A DNA stretch of 29,436 bases from Leptolyngbyaceae cyanobacterium. Its GTDB lineage: Bacteria; Cyanobacteriota; Cyanobacteriia; JARCMD01. The notes under the pieces are model-generated. The model saw only the letters and a list, made by a program, of their open reading frames with translations. It was not told where the DNA came from and made no database searches. The position numbers were made by a program, and so were the translations under genes. The DNA is taken from NCBI GenBank assembly GCA_035285265.1, contig JAYKHH010000411.1, positions 1 to 29,436 on the forward strand, written 5' to 3'. The stretch's first letter is position 1. Each line of letters opens with the position of its first letter. This document shows, piece by piece, positions 1 through 8,017 of the stretch.

Positions 1-504
1 CAGCAGGTCAGGAGACTGGGCCACTAACATACCAATTTCTAGGCGTTGTTTTTCACCGTGGGCCAGCAGAGCTGCTTGAATATCTGCCTTGGCACTTAAG
101 CCAATGGTTTCGAGCAAACCTACGACCGTCATCTTTTCATTGTCGGGCGCTTTCCCGAGCAACGTCTGAAAAACGTTCTTGTGCTGGTTGCAGGATAATT
201 CTAGATTTTCACGGGGGCTAAGATTCAGGTAAACGCGGGGAGTCTGGAACTTACGCCCCACCCCTAAACGAGAAATTTGATGCTCTGAAAAGGCTCGTAA
301 ATTCCGGCCTTTGAACCTGACCTCCCCAATGGTGGGTTTCACCTTGCCCGTGATCACATCTAGAAACGTGGTTTTACCCGCTCCATTGGGGCCAATCACG
401 ACCCTGAGCTCGCCCACATCCATCGAGAAGTTAAGCTGGTTCAGTGCCTTAAACCCGTCAAAACTGACGGTTAGGTTTTCAATTTCCAATATTTTTGCGT
501 TCAT
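1..504 (-). CDS. urtD: Urea ABC transporter ATP-binding subunit UrtD (5' part; runs off the window start)
   Basis: Not in the ORF track. Manual translation from the ATG at 504 gives MNAKILEIENLTVSFDGFKALNQLNFSMDVGELRVVIGPNGAGKTTFLDVITG... with Walker A GPNGAGKT and later HGEKQRLEIGM. It lies directly downstream of urtC and overlaps it by 26 bp. Confidence 0.93.
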   Translation of the reverse strand, partial: MNAKILEIENLTVSFDGFKALNQLNFSMDVGELRVVIGPNGAGKTTFLDVITGKVKPTIGEVRFKGRNLRAFSEHQISRLGVGRKFQTPRVYLNLSPRENLELSCNQHKNVFQTLLGKAPDNEKMTVVGLLETIGLSAKADIQAALLAHGEKQRLEIGMLVAQSPDLL

Positions 505-1636
505 TTTCTACTTCAGGGTCTTCTTCAAGGCTGGGGTAAGTGGCGGTGTACCTGCGACGACCGAATAAGGCTTTCAGTTGGAGTAAGCCCTCGGTGCGTA
601 GCCAACCAATCAAACCATTGGGGAGAACCATGACCACAATCAGGAACAAAGCTCCCTGGAAAAATAGCCAGATTTGAGGAAATTGTTCGCTCAGAAGGCT
701 TTTAGCAAAGTTAACGAGCAGCGTACCTAAGATGGCACCGACTAAACTGGCTCGACCGCCTACCGCTACCCAGATCACCATTTCAATCGAAAAGGCAATA
801 TCCATCGCCTTAGGCGAGATGATCCCAGTTTGGAGCGTAAACAGTGCCCCAGCAATTCCAGCTAGTCCGGCAGAAACGGCAAAAACTAAAACCTTAAATC
901 CGGTTGGGTCATAACCAGAGAATCGTACCCGACTCTCATCATCGCGAATGGCAACGAGTAAGCGACCAAAGCGGCCTTGGGTTAACCAACGACAGAGAGC
1001 ATAGGTGAGCACCAAAAACACGACTGTGAGGGTATACACCACAAACTGGGTTTTAGGCTCTCGCACCGTTGCCCCAAAAATAGTTTTGAAGTCAGTTAAG
1101 CCGTTGGTACCATTAATCAGTTTTTGCTGACCATTGAAAAAGTTGAAGAAGATAATGGTGCTGGCTTGGGTGAGGATGGAGAAGTAAACTCCCCGAATCC
1201 GGTTACGAAATACCAAGTAGCCCAACAAAGCACCCAAGAGGGCTGGGACTAGGATAATGGCGATCGCACTCACGGGAAACGAATAAAATGGCTTCCAAAA
1301 CCAAGGTAATTCGGTCACCCCGTACAGCGTCATAAACTCTGGAAGTTGGATACTGGCATTCGCAGGAATTTGCAGTTTTAGGTGCATCCCTAAGGCATAA
1401 CCGCCCAAGGCAAAAAATACCCCATGTCCCAGACTCAACAATCCGGTATAGCCCCAGATCAGGTCAATTCCCAGGGCAGCGATCGCCAACGCGAGAAACC
1501 GTCCCATTAAATTGAGGCGAAAACCAGTTAGGAGTAGCGGCACCACAAAAATCAGGACGAGCGCCACTGCTACAACGATTGCCGCTTCAACCAGGAGTCC
1601 CTGGCGATTTTTTCCGTCTAAACCAAGTTTAGGCAT
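479..1636 (-). CDS. urtC: Urea ABC transporter permease UrtC (ATG at 1636 preferred; the ORF track extends to 1696)
   Basis: LivM-type permease with GIDLIWGYTGLLSLGHGVFFALGGY, GVYFSILTQA and AIRDDESRVRFSGYDP, located in the urt operon. Confidence 0.92.
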   Translation of the reverse strand: MPKLGLDGKNRQGLLVEAAIVVAVALVLIFVVPLLLTGFRLNLMGRFLALAIAALGIDLIWGYTGLLSLGHGVFFALGGYALGMHLKLQIPANASIQLPEFMTLYGVTELPWFWKPFYSFPVSAIAIILVPALLGALLGYLVFRNRIRGVYFSILTQASTIIFFNFFNGQQKLINGTNGLTDFKTIFGATVREPKTQFVVYTLTVVFLVLTYALCRWLTQGRFGRLLVAIRDDESRVRFSGYDPTGFKVLVFAVSAGLAGIAGALFTLQTGIISPKAMDIAFSIEMVIWVAVGGRASLVGAILGTLLVNFAKSLLSEQFPQIWLFFQGALFLIVVMVLPNGLIGWLRTEGLLQLKALFGRRRYTATYPSLEEDPEVENERKNIGN

Positions 1637-2786
1637 CCACAGTACGCCCCTTTTGCGGAAAGATTCCAGCCGGTCGGATTTGTAGAAAGGCAACAATCAA
1701 GGCAAATACCATCACCTTGGCCATACTAGTGGTCGCAAAGAAACTAAAGAGTTCAGCCAAAGGCTTGATCGGGGTGAACATGATTGCTAAGGTTCCAGAA
1801 CCAATCAGATAATTCACCGTACCAATGGCAAGGGCAGCCACAATCGAGCCGACTCATTTACCGACTCCCCCCACCACCACAACCATGAAGGTGTCCACAA
1901 TGTAGTTTTGGCCCGTGTTTGGGCCGACGGAACCCAGCAAACTCAGGGCACAGCCCGCCACCCCCGCCAAACCGGAACCAATGGCAAAGGTTAAAGAATC
2001 TACTTTTTCTGTAGGGATTCCGAGGCAGGCGCTCATGCTGCGGTTCTGAGTCACCGCTCGAATGCGTAAACCCCAAGGCGATCGCTGCAAGAACAAATAA
2101 ATTCCCACTACACACAGAATCGTCAGGGTAATAATAAACAACCGCGCATAGGGCAACTGAAACGTTCCCAGAGGGATCCCCCCTCGCAGCCATTTGGGAG
2201 CAGTGACATCGACGTTTTGAGCGCCGAACCAGGGCTGTAGCACCGCCAACTTATAGGCTTGACCTAAAACGGCTCCCACTGCTAAGGAGATACCTAAAGA
2301 AAGGGGCAGGAGGATTGCGATCGCCCAATTGCGGATACGCTCAAAGTCAGCTCGACGAGATACCAGCCACAGTCCGCCAAAAAATAAGATGCAAAATAGA
2401 GCTAGACCAATCACCAGAACCCAGTTCACACTCCGCACAAATTGTTGCAGAATCAAACTCACGCCCCAGGTTGCTAGCAGCGTTTCAAGAGGCCGTCCGT
2501 AAAGATAGCGGATCACCCCTCGTTCCAGGACAAACCCCATCACCCCAGCGACTAAAAACGCTGCAATTAAGGCAAAGAAAATATAAAACTCAAACCAAGA
2601 CCCACCTAGGGCTTTGAAGCCATTCTGCACCACAAACGTAGTGTAGGCCCCTAACATCATCAATTCTCCGTGGGCCATGTTGATCACGCCCATCAGTCCA
2701 AAGACGATGGCTAAACCTAAGGCTGCCAGGAGTAGAACTGAACCAATACTAATTCCGTTAAAGAGCGAATATAACAAATCTGACAA
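1629..2786 (-). pseudogene. urtB: Urea ABC transporter permease UrtB, interrupted by an in-frame TGA at 1856-1854 (pseudogene or sequencing error)
   Basis: ORFs 1854..2888 and 1629..1841 share a frame and read ...VVVVGGVGK*VGSIVAALAIGTVNYLIG... The likely start is TTG at 2786, preceded by GGAGGA. Motifs include LLLAALGLAIVFGLMGVINMAHGELMMLGAY. With readthrough the protein would be 385 aa. Confidence 0.88.
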
Positions 2787-2837
2787 GGGGGTTCCTCCCG
2801 TGATTTTAGATAGCGCTGCGCGCTGCTGCGCCCAAAG

Positions 2838-2891
2838 ATTTTGGATTTTGGACTTATAACAATCCAAAATCCAAAATCCAAAATCCAAAAT
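2838..2891. repeat. STRR-like heptamer repeats (AATCCAA / TTGGATT) arranged as an inverted pair
   Basis: About two TTTTGGA units, then CTTATAAC, then about four AATCCAA units, in the urtA-urtB spacer. Confidence 0.8.
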
Positions 2892-2893
2892 TC

Positions 2894-4201
2894 CTACACC
2901 TTGTACTTGCTGCCCTTCGCGGGGTCAGAGTGATCGCAAGCATACCCTTTCGTCTCTTTGACGAACTGGTTCCAAGGAATCGGTTTCACGGCTTCTTTGG
3001 TTTCGTAGACGATGTTAAACAAGCCATCATCTCTGACTTCCCCAAGTCTCACAAACTTGGAGATGTGATGGTTGTTTTCCATGGTTACTGTCCCTTCTGG
3101 AGCTGCAAAGGTTTGGCCTAAAGCAGCAGCCCGGACTTTTTCCAGATCATCTGCAGTGCCTGCCTTTTCAACAGCTTGCTTCCAGAGATAGACCATGATG
3201 TAGGAAGCTTCCATCGGGTCATTGACCACGCGATCTGCCCCGTATTTCGCCTTGAAGGCTTCTACAAACTTCTTGCTTTCAGGAGTTTCAACGGTTTGGA
3301 AGTAGTTCCAAGCGGCATAGTGCCCCTTGAGATACTCAACCCCAATTGCCTTTACTTCTTCCTCAGCAATACTGACGGACATGGTGGGGTATTTATCGGG
3401 GCCGAGTCCTGCGCCCTGTAGTTGCTTAAAGAAAGCAACGTTACTATCACCATTCAAAGAGTTGAAAATCACGCCGCCATTGGGGAGGGCTGCTTTGATC
3501 TTGGTGATAATGGCTGTAACTTCAGTGTTGCCTAAAGGCAAATAATCTTCACCAACCGTCTTCCCACCCAAAGCTTCTAGTTGAGCCTTAATGATGGTAT
3601 TTGCAGTCCGGGGGAACACATAGTCAGACCCAACCAAGAAAAATTCCTTGCCCTTATTCTTGAGCAACCACTCGACTGCAGGCTCGATCTGCTGGTTGGG
3701 AGCCGCTCCCGTATAGAAAATATTCTTAGAACACTCTTGTCCCTCGTACTGGACGGGGTACCAGAGCATATGATTCTTGGACTCAAACACAGGCAGAACA
3801 GCTTTGCGGCTAGCAGAAGTCCAACAACCAAATACGGTCACAACCTTGTCTTGATCGATTAGCTTGGTTGCTTTTTCAGCAAACGTGGGCCAGTCAGAGT
3901 TGCCATCTTCGACAATCGCTTCAATTTGCTTGCCGAGGACACCCCCTGCTTTGTTAATTTCTTCAATTGCCAATTGCTCAGCATCAACGACGCTCTTTTC
4001 ACTAATCGCCATCGTGCCGCTGAGAGAATGCAAAATCCCCACCTTAATGGTGCCCCCTGCAGCCGCTGGAGAAGCAGCTGGAGAAGCATCTGGGCTAGCA
4101 GTAGGAGCATTAGGCTCTCCGCAAGCTTTTAGCAACAAGCTGGTGCCCAAGGTGGCAGAGCTATACAACAGGAACTTACGACGGTCAAAACGTTTTGTCA
4201 T
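2894..4201 (-). CDS. urtA: Urea ABC transporter substrate-binding lipoprotein UrtA (ATG at 4201 preferred)
   Basis: N-terminus [27 protein letters not shown] has a twin-arginine motif and lipobox. Family motifs include [34 protein letters not shown] and [25 protein letters not shown]. Confidence 0.95.
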   Translation of the reverse strand: MTKRFDRRKFLLYSSATLGTSLLLKACGEPNAPTASPDASPAASPAAAGGTIKVGILHSLSGTMAISEKSVVDAEQLAIEEINKAGGVLGKQIEAIVEDGNSDWPTFAEKATKLIDQDKVVTVFGCWTSASRKAVLPVFESKNHMLWYPVQYEGQECSKNIFYTGAAPNQQIEPAVEWLLKNKGKEFFLVGSDYVFPRTANTIIKAQLEALGGKTVGEDYLPLGNTEVTAIITKIKAALPNGGVIFNSLNGDSNVAFFKQLQGAGLGPDKYPTMSVSIAEEEVKAIGVEYLKGHYAAWNYFQTVETPESKKFVEAFKAKYGADRVVNDPMEASYIMVYLWKQAVEKAGTADDLEKVRAAALGQTFAAPEGTVTMENNHHISKFVRLGEVRDDGLFNIVYETKEAVKPIPWNQFVKETKGYACDHSDPAKGSKYKV

Positions 4202-4284
4202 GGAGTGAATGGTTCCCTCACCAAATTCTGTCATTAGTATGAAGACATACAGAATAAAGGTGGGGTAGTCGGGAACTTTTTTTT

Positions 4285-4298
4285 GTATTTTCAGATAC
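4285..4298. promoter_or_regulatory. NtcA-binding site upstream of urtA
   Basis: tGTA-TTTTCAGA-TACa is an exact GTA-N8-TAC about 85 bp upstream of the urtA start. Cyanobacterial urt operons are established NtcA targets. The nearest TAN3T on the minus strand is 28 nt away rather than the canonical ~22. Confidence 0.8.
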
Positions 4299-4469
4299 AG
4301 TTTTAAACTAAATTGAATCTTATATAACCATGATGTAGTCAAGATAACTCTCGAACATCATAGGTATTCAGTCATTGGGCATAGACTGGGCAAGATTGAA
4401 AAATCAAAACTTAATGAGGATTTAAGGTGGAAAATGCCAAGAACTGGGGATTGCCGAGAGGGGCTGAGG

Positions 4470-4542
4470 TAGGAGTAATCCCTTGCCATCCCTACTTTTC
4501 CTCACGTCAACCTCAAAGGCGGGCATGGAGGGATTACTCCTA
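4470..4542. repeat. REP-like long hairpin
   Basis: Perfect 14-bp inverted repeat TAGGAGTAATCCCT (4470-4483) / AGGGATTACTCCTA (4529-4542) with further imperfect inner pairing. It starts from a GTAG-like end. Confidence 0.65.
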
Positions 4543-4570
4543 ACACCCTAGGGATCCAAGGGGTAACTAA

Positions 4571-4735
4571 AGAACTTGTTTGAGAAGTCTTGATCTGCAT
4601 TCCGATCTCCTTCATAGCCCCCCTGACCCCCCAATTCTGGGGGGGGATCGGCTTCAAAGTCCCCCAGGATTGGGGGCCAAACGGGAGTTATAAGGGGGCA
4701 GGTACAGGGGGGTAGAGACGTTTCAAACAGCTTCT
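4571..4735. mobile_element. 165-bp MITE-like element
   Basis: Imperfect 19-bp terminal inverted repeats (AGAACTTGTTTGAGAAGTC vs AGAAGCTGTTTGAAACGTC, 15/19). Internal CCCCCCAATTCTGGGGGG...AAAGTCCCCCAGGATTGGGGG hairpins are typical of cyanobacterial dispersed repeats. No ORF. Confidence 0.7.
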
Positions 4736-4763
4736 CGGGGAGCTACTCCTCTCTACAGGTTTT

Positions 4764-6977
4764 TTACTTAACCAACTCTAAAGCGCGGTTCACTAGCCCC
4801 TGAGCCGTTAAGCCGTTCACTGCCATTAATTCCCCAGCACTAGCGGTGGTCTCGCCTCGTTTCCAGGCAAAGGTGTCTCGCTTAGCAGCACTGCGAAGCA
4901 TGAGCGGTTCTAACATACCACTGGCACCGCCTGTGACGCCAATTAAGGCATCGCCATCGAACAGAGTTGAAAACCCTGCATCATCTAAAAAGTCACCATC
5001 GGGTTCAGAGCAGATCTCCCAGGCAACATCGGAGGAACGGTAGAGACGACGGGGACTCACCACGGAGACGATGCGCGATCCAATGCCTTGAGTTGCCAAT
5101 TCTGTAGCCGCTTCAAAAACGGGGATCAAGGTCATATCACCGATGACGGCAAACACAACGGTCTTGGAACCGGGGGTTTCTTGGAGGGTGATCGCGCCAT
5201 CTTGCAAAGCTTGGCGAGTCTGCTCCAGGGTGGTGCGAATCGGCAAGGGTGATTTACTAGCGGTAATCACAACCCCTTTATTCTTGAGGGTGAGTGCCCA
5301 TTCGTAGGCGACTTGGATACTATTGGCATCGGGGGGAAACACCGGAAAGATATTGCCATTTCGCATCATGGCAGCGAAGTAGGCTTCAATCTCTGGGCGT
5401 TGGTGGGTCCAACCATTCCGGCCTTGCTCCAAGGCTCCGGCTGTGAACAGGGTGACTGTAGCAGGAGCAGGACGGCGCAACTCTGCCATCGCTTGGGTGA
5501 CGGTTTGCCAAATCGGTAAACCATTGATCGCAAAGGACTCATAGGAACACCAGAGGGTGCGTGACCCCATTAAGGCTAAGCCCGCCGCCAAACCTGCACA
5601 GGCATCTTCACTAAGCGGCTCGTAAACCTGTCCAGTGGGGCTTTGGTTGTAGAGTGGATCATCCGTCGGGTGAATGATTTTCAAAGCTTGGTTGATATTA
5701 GCAATACCAGACGCTTCATTCCCATCGGCATTGGTGACAATATAGGCGGGGTCTAACTGGCCCACCTTGCCTACTAAACGGCCCATAGCGGTGGTGGAAA
5801 CCTGGGGCGCGCCACCGATCGGATATTCTTCTAAAGGAAGTGTTCCTAGGTCTGGTAAGGGCAATACAAACTCAGTTACTGCCGTTTTAGCTGCAGGGCC
5901 ACCGCCTGCCCGTTCACAGTTGGTTCTCACCAGTTGCCAAGCGTCGGGAGTCAAGGCACGAGCTTGCAGAGCCGCGACAATATCTCCATTCTCTAGGGTG
6001 TGTTGGGCATAGAGGTTGTGGGATTTAGCACCCCGTGCATGAACGCCAGCGCCTTTGAGCTGCTTGATAATGAAGACCGTTAGCTTGCCACCAAGGGCAG
6101 ACTTGGCAGCCCGATCCACCCCTTCCAGAACAGCTTGGGTAAAGCTTAAGCGCTGCTTAAACGAAAAAGCAGTGCTGTCCACATAGGCCAAGGGTTGATC
6201 TTGGTCATCAAAGTCTTTGGCATCTACGAGTATGACTTCATCAAACCCATTCCCTCGCCAGTAGTCCACCATACCTTGATTGGTTTGTAGAGATACCATG
6301 CTGTGGTGTTCTTGACTGTAGCCATTCCAGACTAAAACGGGCAGAAAGTTGGTGACTTGGGGGTAAGCCGTATGGAAGTGAGTCATCGAACTCATGATGT
6401 AGGGTTCACCCAGTCCCCCATCTCCAACGGTGAAGGGAAACAGCTTACTGCGGTGGAGTAATGCGGCTGCCATAGCAAAATGCTGACCCTGACCTAGAGG
6501 CCCAGCGGGAGCTAGAATACCGGGAATGAAGCCAGAGAGGTGCCCTAGCAACCCATGCTTTTCACGGAAGCGATCGCGCAACTGTTGTACGGTCTCAATC
6601 CCCATATCTTCCAAGGAGCGATCGAGAAACATGGCGCTATAGAAACCCGGCGCATGGTGCCCCACTTCCGTCACAATGTTTTTGTAACCCAGCATGACCA
6701 GGGCTGCATAGGCTTCCGCTTGACTGGCAAATCCACCGGGATGGCCAGAAGCCTTGCTAGCAGTCATCTGCAAGATTAAGTACCGAAGTGCATCTGCCAT
6801 CAGCAAAGTTTGGAAGGTAGCAGTGGGATCGGTCGGATTTGAGATTGCGGAACTTCCCTCGGCGATCGCCTGGACTTTGCCATAGGTTTCAAACTCAGGC
6901 AACGTATCTGCAAAATACTGAATTCCTTCACAAAAAGCAGGAGCCGTGGATATAGGATTGGGAGTAACAGCAGTCAT
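4764..6977 (-). CDS. ThDP-dependent phosphoketolase/transketolase-family enzyme (short cyanobacterial type)
   Basis: 737 aa with SGHPGG, GHHAPGFY, GPLGQG, the ThDP motif GDGGLGE...WNG and QGRNGWTHQRPE. Confidence 0.8.
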   Translation of the reverse strand: MTAVTPNPISTAPAFCEGIQYFADTLPEFETYGKVQAIAEGSSAISNPTDPTATFQTLLMADALRYLILQMTASKASGHPGGFASQAEAYAALVMLGYKNIVTEVGHHAPGFYSAMFLDRSLEDMGIETVQQLRDRFREKHGLLGHLSGFIPGILAPAGPLGQGQHFAMAAALLHRSKLFPFTVGDGGLGEPYIMSSMTHFHTAYPQVTNFLPVLVWNGYSQEHHSMVSLQTNQGMVDYWRGNGFDEVILVDAKDFDDQDQPLAYVDSTAFSFKQRLSFTQAVLEGVDRAAKSALGGKLTVFIIKQLKGAGVHARGAKSHNLYAQHTLENGDIVAALQARALTPDAWQLVRTNCERAGGGPAAKTAVTEFVLPLPDLGTLPLEEYPIGGAPQVSTTAMGRLVGKVGQLDPAYIVTNADGNEASGIANINQALKIIHPTDDPLYNQSPTGQVYEPLSEDACAGLAAGLALMGSRTLWCSYESFAINGLPIWQTVTQAMAELRRPAPATVTLFTAGALEQGRNGWTHQRPEIEAYFAAMMRNGNIFPVFPPDANSIQVAYEWALTLKNKGVVITASKSPLPIRTTLEQTRQALQDGAITLQETPGSKTVVFAVIGDMTLIPVFEAATELATQGIGSRIVSVVSPRRLYRSSDVAWEICSEPDGDFLDDAGFSTLFDGDALIGVTGGASGMLEPLMLRSAAKRDTFAWKRGETTASAGELMAVNGLTAQGLVNRALELVK

Positions 6978-7153
6978 TCTTGAGATACCTATTACAAAAA
7001 GTGGATGGAGCTGCGTGGGTCTGCGTGGGTAGGTTTTCGATGATCCCCACCTCAGTCGGGTCGCTATCCTCAGAACCGAAAAAATGGCTGAGTTGCCGGG
7101 TGCTAATAACTAATCGTACACAGCCTGCTGCCCAAAAACATAAAGCAGCGTGA

Positions 7154-7903
7154 GTTTACCAGATTTCTACGAAGCCATGGAAACTCTACGTCGCCCAGTT
7201 TAATGAGGACGGCACAGGCAACTGGCTTGAACTCAGCATCAACAGCCCTGCCCCTGCCCTAAAAGCTAAGTTTGCAGATCAAGCGGAGATCCTGACCTAC
7301 GCCCGGATGGCTGCGGACACAGTAGGTGCTACCCCCCTGGATCGGCCCGAATGGATTTCGGCGGCCCCCAATGGTGAAGTCTATTGCACCCTGACCAATC
7401 ACAGCCAACGCAAAACCACCGATGCCCCTAACCCCCTAGCCCCTAACTCCTGTGATCACATCATCAAGTGGAAGGATAGCCAGAACCCCATCGGCACCAC
7501 CTTCCCATGGAATATCTTTGTGCTTGCCCAGGATACCCATAACATCGAGAACAGCGCCTTCGGGAGTCCCGATGGTCTCTGGGCTGCTCCAAAGGGTCGG
7601 CTATTTATCCAAACCGATAGAGATCAGCCGATCGTCAATGGCGTGAAGCTAAATGACCAGATGCTCGTTGCTGACCCCACCAGCACGGGAGAGATTCGCC
7701 GGATGTTTGCAGGGGTTACGGATGATGAGGTTACTGGTATAACAGTCACCCCCGATCACCGGACAATGTTCATCAACCTCCAACATCCCGGTAATGGCAA
7801 TCCCCAGAAGACAAACTTTCCAGCATTACCGGGTAGCGGTAAGACACCTCGTGACGCTACCCTGGTCATCATCCGAAAGGACGGTGGAATCGTGGGTTCC
7901 TAG
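7154..7903 (+). pseudogene. phoX: 3' fragment of a PhoX-family alkaline phosphatase (no N-terminal half or signal peptide)
   Basis: The frame is open upstream of the track's ATG: KLYVAQFNEDGTGNWLEL...ARMAADTVGATPLDRPEW...YCTLTN...SPDGL...IQTD...EVTG...INLQHPG. An in-frame TGA lies at 7151-7153. The fragment is about 250 codons versus about 600+ for PhoX. Confidence 0.8.
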
Positions 7904-8017
7904 AGTCTATCGGAAAGGCCATGCCAAGATAACTTTGCATGACGCTGTTTAATGGGTTGGTATCTAGATGTGAAAGCTACATAATCTGAACGATAGAACC
8001 GAAGAACCACTTAAATT

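Noticed and set aside
1854-1856. Selenocysteine or pyrrolysine recoding of the urtB stop
   Set aside because: The position is a hydrophobic TM residue (probably Leu), not a catalytic Cys. I see no evident SECIS hairpin, and Pyl uses TAG.
2809-2831. GATAGCGCTGCGCGCTGCTGCGC as a second SDR-like element
   Set aside because: It resembles such repeats, but there is no restorable HIP1 site or second copy, so I cannot support it.
4202-4342. Extended N-termini given by the ORF track for urtA (also urtB, urtC and glmU)
   Set aside because: The extensions run through promoter, NtcA-box or repeat DNA. Downstream starts match family N-termini and, for urtB, an RBS.
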